In this document: positions 1 to 9,177 of the stretch, one piece after another | Position numbering within the stretch: the first letter of the stretch is position 1 | Layout of the letters: the number at the start of each line of letters is the position of its first letter | DNA from: Alphaproteobacteria bacterium | GTDB lineage: Bacteria > Pseudomonadota > Alphaproteobacteria > UBA828 | Assembly (NCBI GenBank): GCA_965243375.1 | Contig: CBDEUT010000008.1 | Coordinates: 787,111 to 851,110, forward strand | Direction of reading: 5' to 3' | Length of the DNA stretch: 64,000 nt | Translations under genes and position numbers: made by a program | The notes under the pieces: generated by a model | The model's database searches: none | What the model saw: only the letters and a program-made list of their open reading frames with translations | What the model was told of the DNA's origin: nothing

Positions 1-87
1 CTTTCCGGTGGCGTGCGGGTGACGGTTGACGGAACGGTGGATGCCCCTGCGCTGGCGCGGGTGCTTGCGGTCGTGGAGCGCCGATGA
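1..87 (+). CDS. tnpA: IS66-family accessory protein TnpA (Orf1), C-terminal end only (gene starts outside the window)
   Basis: Frame 1 is open from position 1 and ends at TGA 85-87 as ...TVDAPALARVLAVVERR*. The stop overlaps the tnpB ATG (ATGA), the usual IS66 orf1/orf2 coupling. The tail resembles the copy-B TnpA C-terminus. Confidence 0.5.
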   Translation, partial: LSGGVRVTVDGTVDAPALARVLAVVERR

Positions 88-431
88 TCCCGGTCCCGGG
101 CAGCGTGCGGGTGTGGTTGGCGACCGGGGTGACGGACATGCGCCGTGGCATGAACACGCTGGCGCTTCAGGTTCAGGAGGGTCTCGGCCGCGATCCCCAC
201 GCGGGGGATCTCTACGTGTTCCGCGGACGCCGCGGCGATCTCGTCAAAATTTTGTGGCATGACGGTCTCGGGTTCTCGCTCTACGCCAAGCGCCTGGAGC
301 GGGGCCGGTTCACTTGGCCGTCGGCATCGGGCGGCGCACTGTCGATCAGCTCGGCGCAGCTCGCCTACCTGCTTGAGGGGATCGAGTGGCGCAACCCGGT
401 TCGCACTTGGCGCCCGTCGCGGGTGGGCTGA
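84..431 (+). CDS. tnpB: IS66-family TnpB (Orf2)
   Basis: 115-aa ORF beginning MIPVPGSVRVWLATGVTDMRRGMNTLAL... It aligns with the second TnpB in the window (4726-5079) and has the size and position expected of IS66 orf2. Confidence 0.9.
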   Translation: MIPVPGSVRVWLATGVTDMRRGMNTLALQVQEGLGRDPHAGDLYVFRGRRGDLVKILWHDGLGFSLYAKRLERGRFTWPSASGGALSISSAQLAYLLEGIEWRNPVRTWRPSRVG

Positions 432-498
432 GGCCGGGCGAATCACCCTGCGCGATTGGCAATTGCCGTGAGGCTGCGAATCTGATTCATTCCCGGCC

Positions 499-2085
499 AT
501 GACGGTCACGGCCCGACGCGACGTTGAAACTCTCGAGGCGGCGCTTGCGGCCTCGGAGGCTCGGGCAACGGCGGCCGAGGAGCAGATCACCTCGCTGAAG
601 CTGATGGTCGAGAAGCTGCGCCGTGCGCTCTACGGGCAGCGCTCGGAGCGCACGGTGCGTCTCCTCAACCAACTGGAGCTTGCGCTCGACGAGCTGACGG
701 CGGACGCGACGGAGGACGATCTCGCGGCCGAGCAAGCCGCGGCCGAGACCACCCAGGTCAAGGGGTTCACGCGCCGCAAGCCGTCGCGCAAGCCCTTCCC
801 CGAGCATCTGCCGCGCGAGCGGGTGGTGGTTCCTGCACCGACATCGTGCGCGTGCTGCGGGTCGGAGCGGCTGTCGAAGATCGGCGAGGACGTGACCGAG
901 ACGCTTGAGGTGATCCCGCGCCGGTGGAAGGTGATCCAGACGATCCGCGAGAAGTTCACCTGCCGCGATTGCGAGAAGGTCTCGCAGCCGCCGGCGCCGT
1001 TCCACGCGGTGCCGCGAGGTTGGGCGGGTCCGAACCTTCTGGCGACGATCGTGTTCGAGAAATATGGCCAGCACCAGCCGTTGAACCGGCAGCGCGAGCG
1101 CTACGCGCGCGAGGGGGTCGACCTGAGCCTGTCGACGCTGGCCGATCAGGTCGGGGCCTGCGCCGTGGCGCTGAAACCGCTGCATGACCTGATCGCCGAT
1201 CACGTGCTTGCGGCCCGGCGCTTGCACGGCGACGACACTCCCGTCCCGGTGCTGGCCAAGGGCAAGACCGTCACCGGGCGGGCTTGGGCCTATGTGCGTG
1301 ACGACAGGCCGTTCGGCGGTCCGGATCCGCCGGCCGTGCTGTTCCGATACTCCCGCGACCGTTCGGGCAATCACCCGGTCGAGCACCTGAAGACCTTTGC
1401 CGGGGTGCTTCAAGCCGATGCCTATGCTGGCTTCAACCGGCTCTATGTGCCGGGCCGCTCGCCGGGAGCCGTGATCGAGGCCCTGTGCTGGGCTCACAGT
1501 CGGAGGAAGTTCTACGAGCTTGCCGATATCGCGGCGAGCAAGAGGCGCGGCGAGCAGGCGCCGCCGATCTCGCCGCTGGCGATGGAGGCGGTGAAGCGGA
1601 CCGACGCGCTGTTCGACATCGAACGCGAGATCAACGGCAAGAGTGCCGATCAGCGCCTTGCCGTGCGCCGGGAGGCGAGCGCGCCGCTCGTCGCCGATCT
1701 CGAGGACTGGATGCGCACGGAGCGTGCCAGGCTGTCGCGCCACGCCTCTGTCGCCAAGGCGATGGATTACATGCTCAGACGCTGGGACGGCTTCACCCGT
1801 TTCCTCGATGACGGCCAGATCTGCCTCACGAACAACGCTGTCGAGAGGGCGCTTCGGGTCATCGCTTTGGGACGAAAATCCTGGCTGTTCTGCGGCTCCG
1901 ATCGCGGCGGAGTGCGGGCGGCGGCGATGTACACCCTCATCGGCACCGCCAAGCTCAACGATGTCGATCCCCAGGCCTGGCTCGCCGATGTTCTCGGACA
2001 GATTGCCGATCTGCCGCAAAGCGACCTGCACCAGCTCCTGCCCTGGAACTGGAAGACAGCCCAGCACCAGGCCCTGGCCGCCTAA
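499..2085 (+). CDS. tnpC: IS66-family transposase TnpC
   Basis: 528 aa with an N-terminal coiled-coil/leucine zipper, CxxC...CxxC zinc-finger pairs (CACCG, CRDC) and a DDE core. It is a paralog of the 2951-4579 ORF. Confidence 0.9.
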   Translation: MTVTARRDVETLEAALAASEARATAAEEQITSLKLMVEKLRRALYGQRSERTVRLLNQLELALDELTADATEDDLAAEQAAAETTQVKGFTRRKPSRKPFPEHLPRERVVVPAPTSCACCGSERLSKIGEDVTETLEVIPRRWKVIQTIREKFTCRDCEKVSQPPAPFHAVPRGWAGPNLLATIVFEKYGQHQPLNRQRERYAREGVDLSLSTLADQVGACAVALKPLHDLIADHVLAARRLHGDDTPVPVLAKGKTVTGRAWAYVRDDRPFGGPDPPAVLFRYSRDRSGNHPVEHLKTFAGVLQADAYAGFNRLYVPGRSPGAVIEALCWAHSRRKFYELADIAASKRRGEQAPPISPLAMEAVKRTDALFDIEREINGKSADQRLAVRREASAPLVADLEDWMRTERARLSRHASVAKAMDYMLRRWDGFTRFLDDGQICLTNNAVERALRVIALGRKSWLFCGSDRGGVRAAAMYTLIGTAKLNDVDPQAWLADVLGQIADLPQSDLHQLLPWNWKTAQHQALAA

Positions 2086-2248
2086 GCCGGACCTCACCAG
2101 AGACACCGTCTTCCCTGCGGCCGAGGCCGCGTCTCTGCGCGGTCCACCGTGAGCGTCACCGTGGGGCTGAGCGTCACTCGCCTGCCCACCTTGGAACTCC
2201 CCGTCACGTTCCGCGATTCACCGTCTGCGGTCCCCGCCGGATGCTTAC

Positions 2249-2440
2249 GAAGAACTCCCCAGGTCCTTGGAAGAAGCGGCAGACGCGCTGGACGGCTCCG
2301 CCTTCCTCCGCTCCTTCTTCGGGGATCGTTTCGTCGACCACTACGTGTTCTCGCGCAGGGTCGAACTGCGAATTTGGAACGAGTGGCTCGCCAGTCGCGT
2401 CACGGACTGGGAAATGCGGCGGTACTTCGAGACCGTCTAG
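2249..2440 (+). pseudogene. C-terminal 63-aa remnant of a glutamine-synthetase-family gene (GlnA/PuuA/GmaS-like), truncated by IS66 copy A
   Basis: Frame translates EELPRSLEEAADALDGSAFLRSFFGDRFVDHYVFSRRVELRIWNEWLASRVTDWEMRRYFETV*. This matches the conserved GS C-terminal helix pattern (FVDHY...EW...VTDWE..RYFE). There is no start codon, and the fragment abuts the IS terminus. Confidence 0.6.
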
Positions 2441-2673
2441 TCGTTCCGACATATCGATCGCGATCGTGCGCGCCGAACAACACTCAAAAGGATGAACGCT
2501 GCTAAGTTGTTGATCTATCGAAACTTAGCGGCGTTATCGGTGATTGCGGGGGCTCGCTACCCCCGAGACCGACATCTGATCGAAGTGGCGGTCTGACCCG
2601 CTGTAACCCTTTGACTGTCCCCAAGGCTTTTGTAGCGACGGCCTGCTGGAACGTACCGATCAGGAGATGGACC

Positions 2674-2926
2674 CTAAGTTGGGCATGGCACGTCCCTATC
2701 CCCTCTTCGGGTAGGTCTCGTTTCCCCAGGTGTGCTGTTCGCGGATGTAGGGCAGCGGGTGCTGCGGGTTGTCGGACTCGAACTCGCGGCCGAGCCGGTG
2801 CCCTTCGAACACCGACAGTTGGATGAACCGCGGCGTGTGGCAATCGCCTACCTGATAGACCGCCTGCACGTCGTTCTCGGACCACTCGTCCTTCCGTGCC
2901 TTGAGCGCTGCAAACAGCTCGCGTCT
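2674..2926 (-). pseudogene. Displaced C-terminal fragment (83 codons) of the flavin oxidoreductase gene interrupted by IS66 copy B
   Basis: Minus-strand frame reads ...RRELFAALKARKDEWSENDVQAVYQVGDCHTPRFIQLSVFEGHRLGREFESDNPQHPLPYIREQHTWGNETYPKRDRDVPCPT*. It is in frame with ORF 5581-7520 once the IS and one copy of the TSD are removed. Confidence 0.7.
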
Positions 2927-2950
2927 CGACTCACGGTAAGCGCCGCGCCG

Positions 2951-4579
2951 TCACCCTTGTTGACGGGTGACGCCCGGGATTGTCGGAGCGAAGTTCCAGG
3001 GCATGAGCTCGTCGATGCGTGACACGGGGTGCATGTCGACGATCCGGCGCAGGGTGTCGGTCAGGTAGACCTGCGGATTGATGCCGTTGAGCTTGCAGGT
3101 GCCGATCAGGCTGGCACACCGCGCCCATGTCCTGGCGCCGTCGTCGCTGCCGGCGAAGAGCGCGTTTTTCTTTGTGAGCTTCACCGGGCGGATGAGGTTC
3201 TCGATGGGGTTGGTGTCCATCTCGATACGCCCGTCATGGAGGAACCGGCACAGGCCGTCCCAGCGCTTGAGGGCATATCGGATGTGCTTGGCGAGTTCGG
3301 ACGCGCTGGACAGACGGTCGAGCTGGGCCTCAAGCCAGGGCCGCATGGCCTCGACGATCGGTGCCGACAACTCCTGCCGCGCCTTCAGCCGAAGCTCCGG
3401 CGGGTGGCCGCGCACCATGGCCTCGATCCGGTACAGCGCCGCGATCCGTTCGAGGATTTCCTCGCACACGGGCGAGGCCGTGCCGCGCTGGAAGTCGACG
3501 AAGCGTCTCCGCCAGTGGACCCAGCAGTAGGCAAGCACCCATGGGCTGACCGTCTGCTTCGGATCGCCGAGCGCGTCGTACACCCTGTAGCCGTCCACGT
3601 GCAGCGGGCCGCCGCCGGTGTAGCCCCGCATCAACTCAAGAGCGACCTTCGCACTTCGATGGCGCGAGTGGTGGAACACCACGATCGGCGGGTCGGCCCC
3701 GCCATAGCCGCGCTGATCGCGGGCGATCGCCCACAGATAGTCGAGGCGCGTCTTGCCGGTCCCCGGCGCCATCACCGGCACCGTGGTCTCGTCCATGAAC
3801 AGACCGTCCGACGCCTTGAGGTGCTCGATCATCCGGTCGATCACCGGGGCCAGCACCTGCATCCCGCGCCCCGCCCAGTTCCCCAGCATGGTGCGGTCGA
3901 GGTCGATCCCCTCGCGACGGTATGCCTCGCTCTGACGGTAGAACGGTTGGTGATCGGCGAACTTGGCGACCAGCGTGTGCGCCACCAGCGCCTCGGTCGG
4001 CAGGCCGCGCGGCACCAGATATTCCGGCGCCGGCGCCTGGGTGCTCTGTTTGCCTTCGCAGGCGCGGCAGATGTATTTCGGCCGGATCGTCACCAGCACC
4101 CTCAACTTCGCCGGCACGACGTCGAGCCGCTCGGTGCGGTCCTCGCCGACCTTCACCATCTCGCCGCAGCCGCAAGGGCACTCCGCGCTCTCCGGCTCGA
4201 TCACCTTCTCGAAGCGTTCGAGGTGCTTGGGCAGATGGCCGAGGTTGCGATTGGTCGGCTGTGGCTTGCGCCGCTGCCTGCCGGTCGCCGCGTCGGCCTT
4301 CTCCTGGGCTTCCGCCAGCATCCCCTCGGCGACCGCGATGTCCTCGAACAGCGGCAGCCGGTCCTGATCGGCATGGCGCTTCTCCGAGCGCGCGCCCCAC
4401 ACGGCATGGTTCAGCGAGGCGATGATCCGCTCCAGGCGTTCGCGCGCCCGCTCGGACACAGCCAGCGCGTCCTCGGCGGCCTTGCGCTCGGCACGCTCCT
4501 TCGCAAGTTGGGCTTCGACGGCCGCCAGACGGCGTTGCAGATCACTCACGGGAACGGCGCTTCCCATGCTGGTTATCAT
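2951..4579 (-). CDS. tnpC: IS66-family transposase TnpC
   Basis: 542 aa with a coiled-coil N-terminus, CPCGCG/CRAC zinc-finger motifs and a DDE domain. Paralog of the 499-2085 ORF. Confidence 0.9.
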   Translation of the reverse strand: MITSMGSAVPVSDLQRRLAAVEAQLAKERAERKAAEDALAVSERARERLERIIASLNHAVWGARSEKRHADQDRLPLFEDIAVAEGMLAEAQEKADAATGRQRRKPQPTNRNLGHLPKHLERFEKVIEPESAECPCGCGEMVKVGEDRTERLDVVPAKLRVLVTIRPKYICRACEGKQSTQAPAPEYLVPRGLPTEALVAHTLVAKFADHQPFYRQSEAYRREGIDLDRTMLGNWAGRGMQVLAPVIDRMIEHLKASDGLFMDETTVPVMAPGTGKTRLDYLWAIARDQRGYGGADPPIVVFHHSRHRSAKVALELMRGYTGGGPLHVDGYRVYDALGDPKQTVSPWVLAYCWVHWRRRFVDFQRGTASPVCEEILERIAALYRIEAMVRGHPPELRLKARQELSAPIVEAMRPWLEAQLDRLSSASELAKHIRYALKRWDGLCRFLHDGRIEMDTNPIENLIRPVKLTKKNALFAGSDDGARTWARCASLIGTCKLNGINPQVYLTDTLRRIVDMHPVSRIDELMPWNFAPTIPGVTRQQG

Positions 4580-4725
4580 GGGATTCCTCTAGCAGAATCA
4601 ATGAGGTAACGCAAGGTGAACATGCTTCCGGCCCCGCCGTAAACGGGGCCGGATAGCTCGTCTTGGCGACACCGGGGAGACGGTGGGATGGACACCGTTC
4701 CCCGGTGAAACGGCAAGCTGCGCGG

Positions 4726-5079
4726 TCAGGCCGCCTGGCGCGGCCGAGGCCGTCGCACGGCCCGGACCGCCTTCCAGTCGAGACCTTCGAACAACGCCGA
4801 GAACTGCGCCGGCGACAGTCCGATCACGCCGTCCGAGGGGCGCGGCCACTGGAAGCCGCCGCCCTCCAGGCGCTTGTAGACCATGACCAGCCCGGTGCGG
4901 TCCCAGACCAGGATCTTCATTCTGTCGCCTCGCTTGGAGCGGAAGGCGAAGACCGCGCCGCTATAGGGGTCGTGACCCAGCACCGTCTGCACCACCGCCG
5001 ACAGCCCGTCATGTCCCTTTCGGAAGTCGACGGGGCGGGTCGCCAGCCAGACCCGGATCTTCTCCCCGGTCAGGATCAT
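4726..5079 (-). CDS. tnpB: IS66-family TnpB (Orf2)
   Basis: 117 aa beginning MILTGEKIRVWLATRPVDFRKGHDGLSAVV... This is the conserved IS66 orf2 family. Its stop overlaps the tnpC region. Confidence 0.9.
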   Translation of the reverse strand: MILTGEKIRVWLATRPVDFRKGHDGLSAVVQTVLGHDPYSGAVFAFRSKRGDRMKILVWDRTGLVMVYKRLEGGGFQWPRPSDGVIGLSPAQFSALFEGLDWKAVRAVRRPRPRQAA

Positions 5080-5501
5080 GGCGCGGCCCGAACGCAGACC
5101 AGGATGCGCGACAGGTGCCCCGCGTCGAAGTCCGGCGGCACCACCACCCGGATGTCGGCGATCTCGATCGCGATACCATCCGCGGGCACCGAGGCCGCGC
5201 CGTTCCGCTCAGCAGCGACCGACACCGTCACCGGGACCAGGCCGAACGGATCGTCGCCCGCGCCGGCGACCGGGCCGAGAAGCCCGTCCCGAGCCATGCG
5301 CCGCCAGCCGCTCAACTGCGTCCGTGAGAGGCCGTGACGCCGGGCAACCCCCGCCACCGTCGCTCCCTCCTCGAACGTCTCCTCCACGATCCGCGCCTTC
5401 ACCGCTTCCGGCCAGACCCGTGCGCCGTGCGCGCTCGTCGCGACCGCGACCGAAGCGTCGGTGGCGTCCTCCGTCACTCGTTCATGCAATGTGTCTGTCA
5501 T
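5076..5501 (-). CDS. tnpA: IS66-family TnpA (Orf1)
   Basis: 141 aa with a helix-turn-helix segment (WPEAVKARIVEE...GATVAGVARRHGLSRTQLSGWRR). It overlaps tnpB by 4 bp (ATGA). Confidence 0.85.
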   Translation of the reverse strand: MTDTLHERVTEDATDASVAVATSAHGARVWPEAVKARIVEETFEEGATVAGVARRHGLSRTQLSGWRRMARDGLLGPVAGAGDDPFGLVPVTVSVAAERNGAASVPADGIAIEIADIRVVVPPDFDAGHLSRILVCVRAAP

Positions 5502-5576
5502 CTGTCACCTCCGTCGTTGACGGGGTCCAGATGACCACGAAAATCTCAGACAACAACGAGGGTGACGGCGCGGCGC

Positions 5577-7520
5577 TTACGACTCACGCGCCGTGCACAA
5601 GATCACGGTATCGCATTCCAGCGTCGTCGTTTCGGTGCCAAGACGCCTCGGCACCTGGCCCGTTCGCGGCGGCAGCTCGATGCGGGGACTGTCGCGGTAG
5701 GCGTAGGCGATCTCGACCTTGATCGTGTTGTTGACGGCAAGGGACTCGATCCAGTGAAGCGGGTAGCACTGGATGTCCTGCTCATGGAGAAGTCGCTGCA
5801 GGTTCGGCCCCTCGAGGGTGTTCTGGCAGAACGGCGCGACCTCGTTGAACTGGGTGACGACGGAGACCTGCTTGCCCCTCTCCGCCATCATTTCCGCCAT
5901 GGCGACGCCGGTGAAGTAGCCGTCACCGTCCAGGATCACCACGCGGTCGCCGATATCCTTGCCGTTCATCACCTGCTCGGGCGTACAGAACTGCGGCGTC
6001 TCGGCATCGGCGCCGTCGATCGGCCCGAAGCTGACGGCATTGAGACCATCGCTGACCCAGCGGGCGCCGACGGCGATCACGACCTTGTCGGCGCCGTAGC
6101 TGAGCACGCTGTCGGCGGTCATGTCGTCCACGCCGGTATGGACCTCGACGGTCTTGAGCTTGTCGAGCTGGGTCTGCCGGTAGCTGACGATGCGGCCCCA
6201 TTCCACGAGGCCCGGGTAGCGCATGACCTGGCGAATGTGCCCGCCGATCTCGTCCTCGCGCTCGCGCAGGTGCACATCGTAGCCGCGCTCGCCGAGCACG
6301 CGCGCGCACTCCATCCCTGCGGGACCCGCCCCCACAACGAGCACCGAACAGGGGTCCGCGGCCTCATCGAACCGCTCGGGATGCCAGCCGCGCCGGTACT
6401 CCTCCATCGCCGTCGCGTTCTGGGTGCAGACGAGCGGCGCCTCCATGTTGAACTGGGAGACGCAGATGTTGCAGCCGATGCACTCCCGGATGTCGTCCGA
6501 CCTGCCCTCCTGGATCTTGCGGGGAAGGAACGGATCGGCGATCGACGGCCGCGCGGCGCCGATCAGGTCCGCCTCGCCCGCTTGGATGATACGCACCATG
6601 TCGTCCGGGCTGGTGACCCGGCCCACGCCGACCACGGGCACGTTCGTCACCTCTTTGACGGCCTTGGTGGCCCAGGTCTGATAGCCGGGCTCGAAGAAGC
6701 GCGAGGGCCCGGCGTCGTTGCCCCACTCCATGAAGTACGAAATCTTGATGTTCCAGAGATCGCACACGCCTTCGCGCGTGATCAACTCCACGAACTTGAG
6801 GCCCTCCTCCAGTTCCAGACCCATCGGGCCCAGCAGATTGTCGATGGCGATACGCGTGCCGACGGCGACACGGTCGCCCACGGCGCGCTTGAGCGCCGCC
6901 ATGGTCTCCACCCAGAAGCGCGCGCGGTTCTCGAACGAGCCGCCCCAGCGGTCGGTGCGCTTGTTGTACATCGGCTGCAGGAACTGGGTCGGCAGCGAGG
7001 AATCCGAGCCGATCACCTCCACGTAGTCGAAGCCTGCGTCCTCGGAACGCTTGGCGGCGTCGACGTACATCTGGATGAGCTCGCGGATGTCGTCCTCGTC
7101 GCACTCGTGGCAGTAGTTCTGATAGGCCGTCTCCGACGGCATCTGGCTCGGGCCGCGCGATATCGCGAGAGTTTCGCGCACCGGTGCGTGCGCGCCGCCG
7201 TACCAGAGCTGAATGCCGGCGAGCGCTCCGTGCCGATGCACGCTCTCAGTCGTGTGCCGCAGATTGATGACGTCGCCTTCGTCCCAGATGCGCACGCTGA
7301 CGTGGGGCGTGTCGTCGGTTTCCGGGCTGATCGCGCAGTACTCCACGCACACGACGCCCCAGCCGCCCTCGGCCTTCATGGCTCGAAAGGCGGCCTGTGC
7401 GCCGGGCCGGTGGGAGCCCGCGCCGTTGCAATGAGGAACCTGGAAGAAGCGATTGGGAGTCTGCTTGGGCCCGATGCGAACGGGCTCGAACAAGACATCG
7501 TACTTCGGATCACCCGCCAT
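5577..7520 (-). pseudogene. NADH:flavin oxidoreductase / N-methylated-amine demethylase family (OYE-like FMN domain plus FAD/NAD(P) domains; DgcA/trimethylamine-dehydrogenase-like), disrupted by IS66 copy B
   Basis: ORF starting MAGDPKYDVLFEPVRIGPKQTPNRFFQVPHCNGAG... has an OYE TIM-barrel N-terminus, a CIGCN...C Fe-S-like segment and GAGPAG nucleotide-binding motifs. The start is the ATG at 7520, preceded by a G-rich RBS. Its stop codon TAA (5577-5579) lies inside the IS inverted repeat, so the native C-terminus is missing. Confidence 0.8.
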
Positions 7521-7697
7521 CGCCTTGCCCCCCATGCATCGCGTGCGTCTTGTTCTATCGAAGCATGACGCAAGGCCAATAGGGATGCAAAATGCCAGTT
7601 GGGAGAGAGCGCCGGCGCAGCCTCGACCATCCGGGATGCTCAAGGTTTGCGTGCGCACGACACTGGCGCGCGGACCCTCTACGAAGGAGCTAGATCG
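7521..7697. promoter_or_regulatory. Divergent intergenic/promoter region between the flavin oxidoreductase and the aminotransferase, with an imperfect inverted repeat CATGCATCG-N18-CGAAGCATG
   Basis: 177-bp AT-richer spacer between divergent starts. Arms CATGCATCG and CGAAGCATG (8/9 complementary) lie about 18 bp apart. Confidence 0.35.
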
Positions 7698-9020
7698 ATG
7701 GCCCGCTCGAACGACGATCTGAGCCAGCGTGACACCGCCGCAATTGCAGGGATCCAGAAGCTCCGCTTCAACCCGCTGGCGGCCCGCGGCGGCAAGGGCT
7801 CCTACCTCACCACCGAGGACGGCCGGCGCATCCTCGATCTTTCGGCGTCCGCGACCGCCGCCAGCCTCGGCTACGCGCATCCGGCGGTGACGGATGCCGT
7901 AACCAGGGCGCTCACCGACATGGCTGGCGCGAGCCTCTTGATGTATCCGAACGAGTCGGCCGCCGCGCTCGCCGAAGGGTTGCTCCAGGTCACGCCGGGC
8001 AGCGGCGAGCGACGCGTCTGGTTCGGCCATTCCGGCTCGGACGCGAACGATGCCGCGGCACGCGTGCTGGAGGCGGCAACCGGCCGCCCCCGCTTCATCT
8101 CGTTTATCGGCTCCTACCATGGCGGCGTTGCGGGCTCGATGGCGATCTCCGGCCACACCGCGATGACCCACACCCTGCCGCGGCCGGGATTGGTGCTGTT
8201 GCCCTATCCCGACCCGTACCGGCCGCGCTTCTCGGCGGAAGACGTGCTCGACATGCTGGACTACCAGTTCGAGACCACGTGTCCACCGGAGCAGGTCGCC
8301 GCCGTCTTCATCGAGCCCGTAATGTCCGACGGAGGGCTGATCGTGCCTCCCGCCGGCTTCCTGAAGGCGCTGGAGGAACGCTGCCGGCAGCACGGCATTC
8401 TCACGGTGCTGGACGAGGTCAAGGTCGGCTGCGGGCGCAGCGGGCTGTTCCACGCCTTCAGCCACGAGGGCCTGACGCCCGATCTAGTGGTGCTGGGCAA
8501 GGGGATCGGAGGCGGGCTGCCGCTCTCCGCCGTGATCGGACCCGCTGAGGTGCTGGACCACCGCCCGGCATTCGCCATTCAGACCACCGGCGGCAATCCG
8601 GTCTGCACCGCCGCCGGCCTTGCCGTGCTGCGCACCATTCTCGACGAGGACCTTCCGGCCCACGCCGCGCGCATGGGCAAACAGCTGGCGGACGGCTTGC
8701 GCGCGCTCGGCGAGAGGCACGCGACGATCGGCGATGTGCGCGGTCGCGGCCTCGCAATCGGCGTCGACCTGGTGCAGGACCGCGAAAACAAGGCACCGGT
8801 CGAGGCCACCACCACCGCCAAGGTGATCCTGCGCGCCTACGAACTCGGCGCGAGCTTCATCTACGTCGGGCTTGCCGCCAACGTGCTGGAAATCACGCCG
8901 CCTCTGAACTTGAGCGACGCAGAATGCGAGGAGGGGCTCGCCATCATCGACCAGGCCCTCACCGATGTCGCCGAAGGCCGCGTCTCCGACGAGGCGGTCC
9001 AGGCCTACATGAATTGGTGA
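7698..9020 (+). CDS. Class III (omega-type) pyridoxal-phosphate aminotransferase
   Basis: Starts MARSNDDLSQRDTAAIAGIQKLRFNPLAARGGKGSYLTTEDGRRILD... Has an SGSDANDAA motif and a DEVKVGCGRSG lysine motif. GAAGGAG RBS 7 nt upstream of the ATG at 7698. Confidence 0.85.
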   Translation: MARSNDDLSQRDTAAIAGIQKLRFNPLAARGGKGSYLTTEDGRRILDLSASATAASLGYAHPAVTDAVTRALTDMAGASLLMYPNESAAALAEGLLQVTPGSGERRVWFGHSGSDANDAAARVLEAATGRPRFISFIGSYHGGVAGSMAISGHTAMTHTLPRPGLVLLPYPDPYRPRFSAEDVLDMLDYQFETTCPPEQVAAVFIEPVMSDGGLIVPPAGFLKALEERCRQHGILTVLDEVKVGCGRSGLFHAFSHEGLTPDLVVLGKGIGGGLPLSAVIGPAEVLDHRPAFAIQTTGGNPVCTAAGLAVLRTILDEDLPAHAARMGKQLADGLRALGERHATIGDVRGRGLAIGVDLVQDRENKAPVEATTTAKVILRAYELGASFIYVGLAANVLEITPPLNLSDAECEEGLAIIDQALTDVAEGRVSDEAVQAYMNW

Positions 9021-9177
9021 GCGGCCTTCGAGCGCGGCGCGGGTCGACGCGACGCAGGCCGTGACATGGGTGAGAAATCCGGGCTAACGTCGGAGCGGAT
9101 GCGTTGAGCATCATTTCCCAAATAAACGAGAGAAATTCGTCAGAGCAACTGACGTGGACAAGAAGGGGAGGACAACG

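Larger units (their letters stand above)
1..2248 (+). mobile_element. IS66-family insertion sequence, copy A (partial; left end beyond the window; right terminus ...GCTTAC at 2243-2248)
   Basis: tnpA tail, tnpB and tnpC in canonical order. The right end is placed at the GCTTAC (reverse complement of the IS66 terminal GTAAGC) at 2243-2248 because homology to a glutamine-synthetase C-terminus begins exactly at 2249. That host frame has a stop at 2168-2170, so the junction must lie between 2171 and 2249. Confidence 0.7.
2935..5580 (-). mobile_element. Complete IS66-family insertion sequence, copy B (2646 bp)
   Basis: Perfect 21-bp terminal inverted repeats GTAAGCGCCGCGCCGTCACCC at 2935-2955 and, reverse-complemented, at 5560-5580. 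Flanking 8-bp direct duplication GACTCACG at 2927-2934 and 5581-5588. Carries tnpA-tnpB-tnpC on the minus strand. Confidence 0.92.

Noticed and set aside
5562-7568. 668-aa plus-strand ORF (proline/arginine/alanine-rich)
   Set aside because: It is entirely antisense to the well-supported flavin oxidoreductase gene. The composition is typical of a GC-rich antisense frame, and no domain motifs are present.
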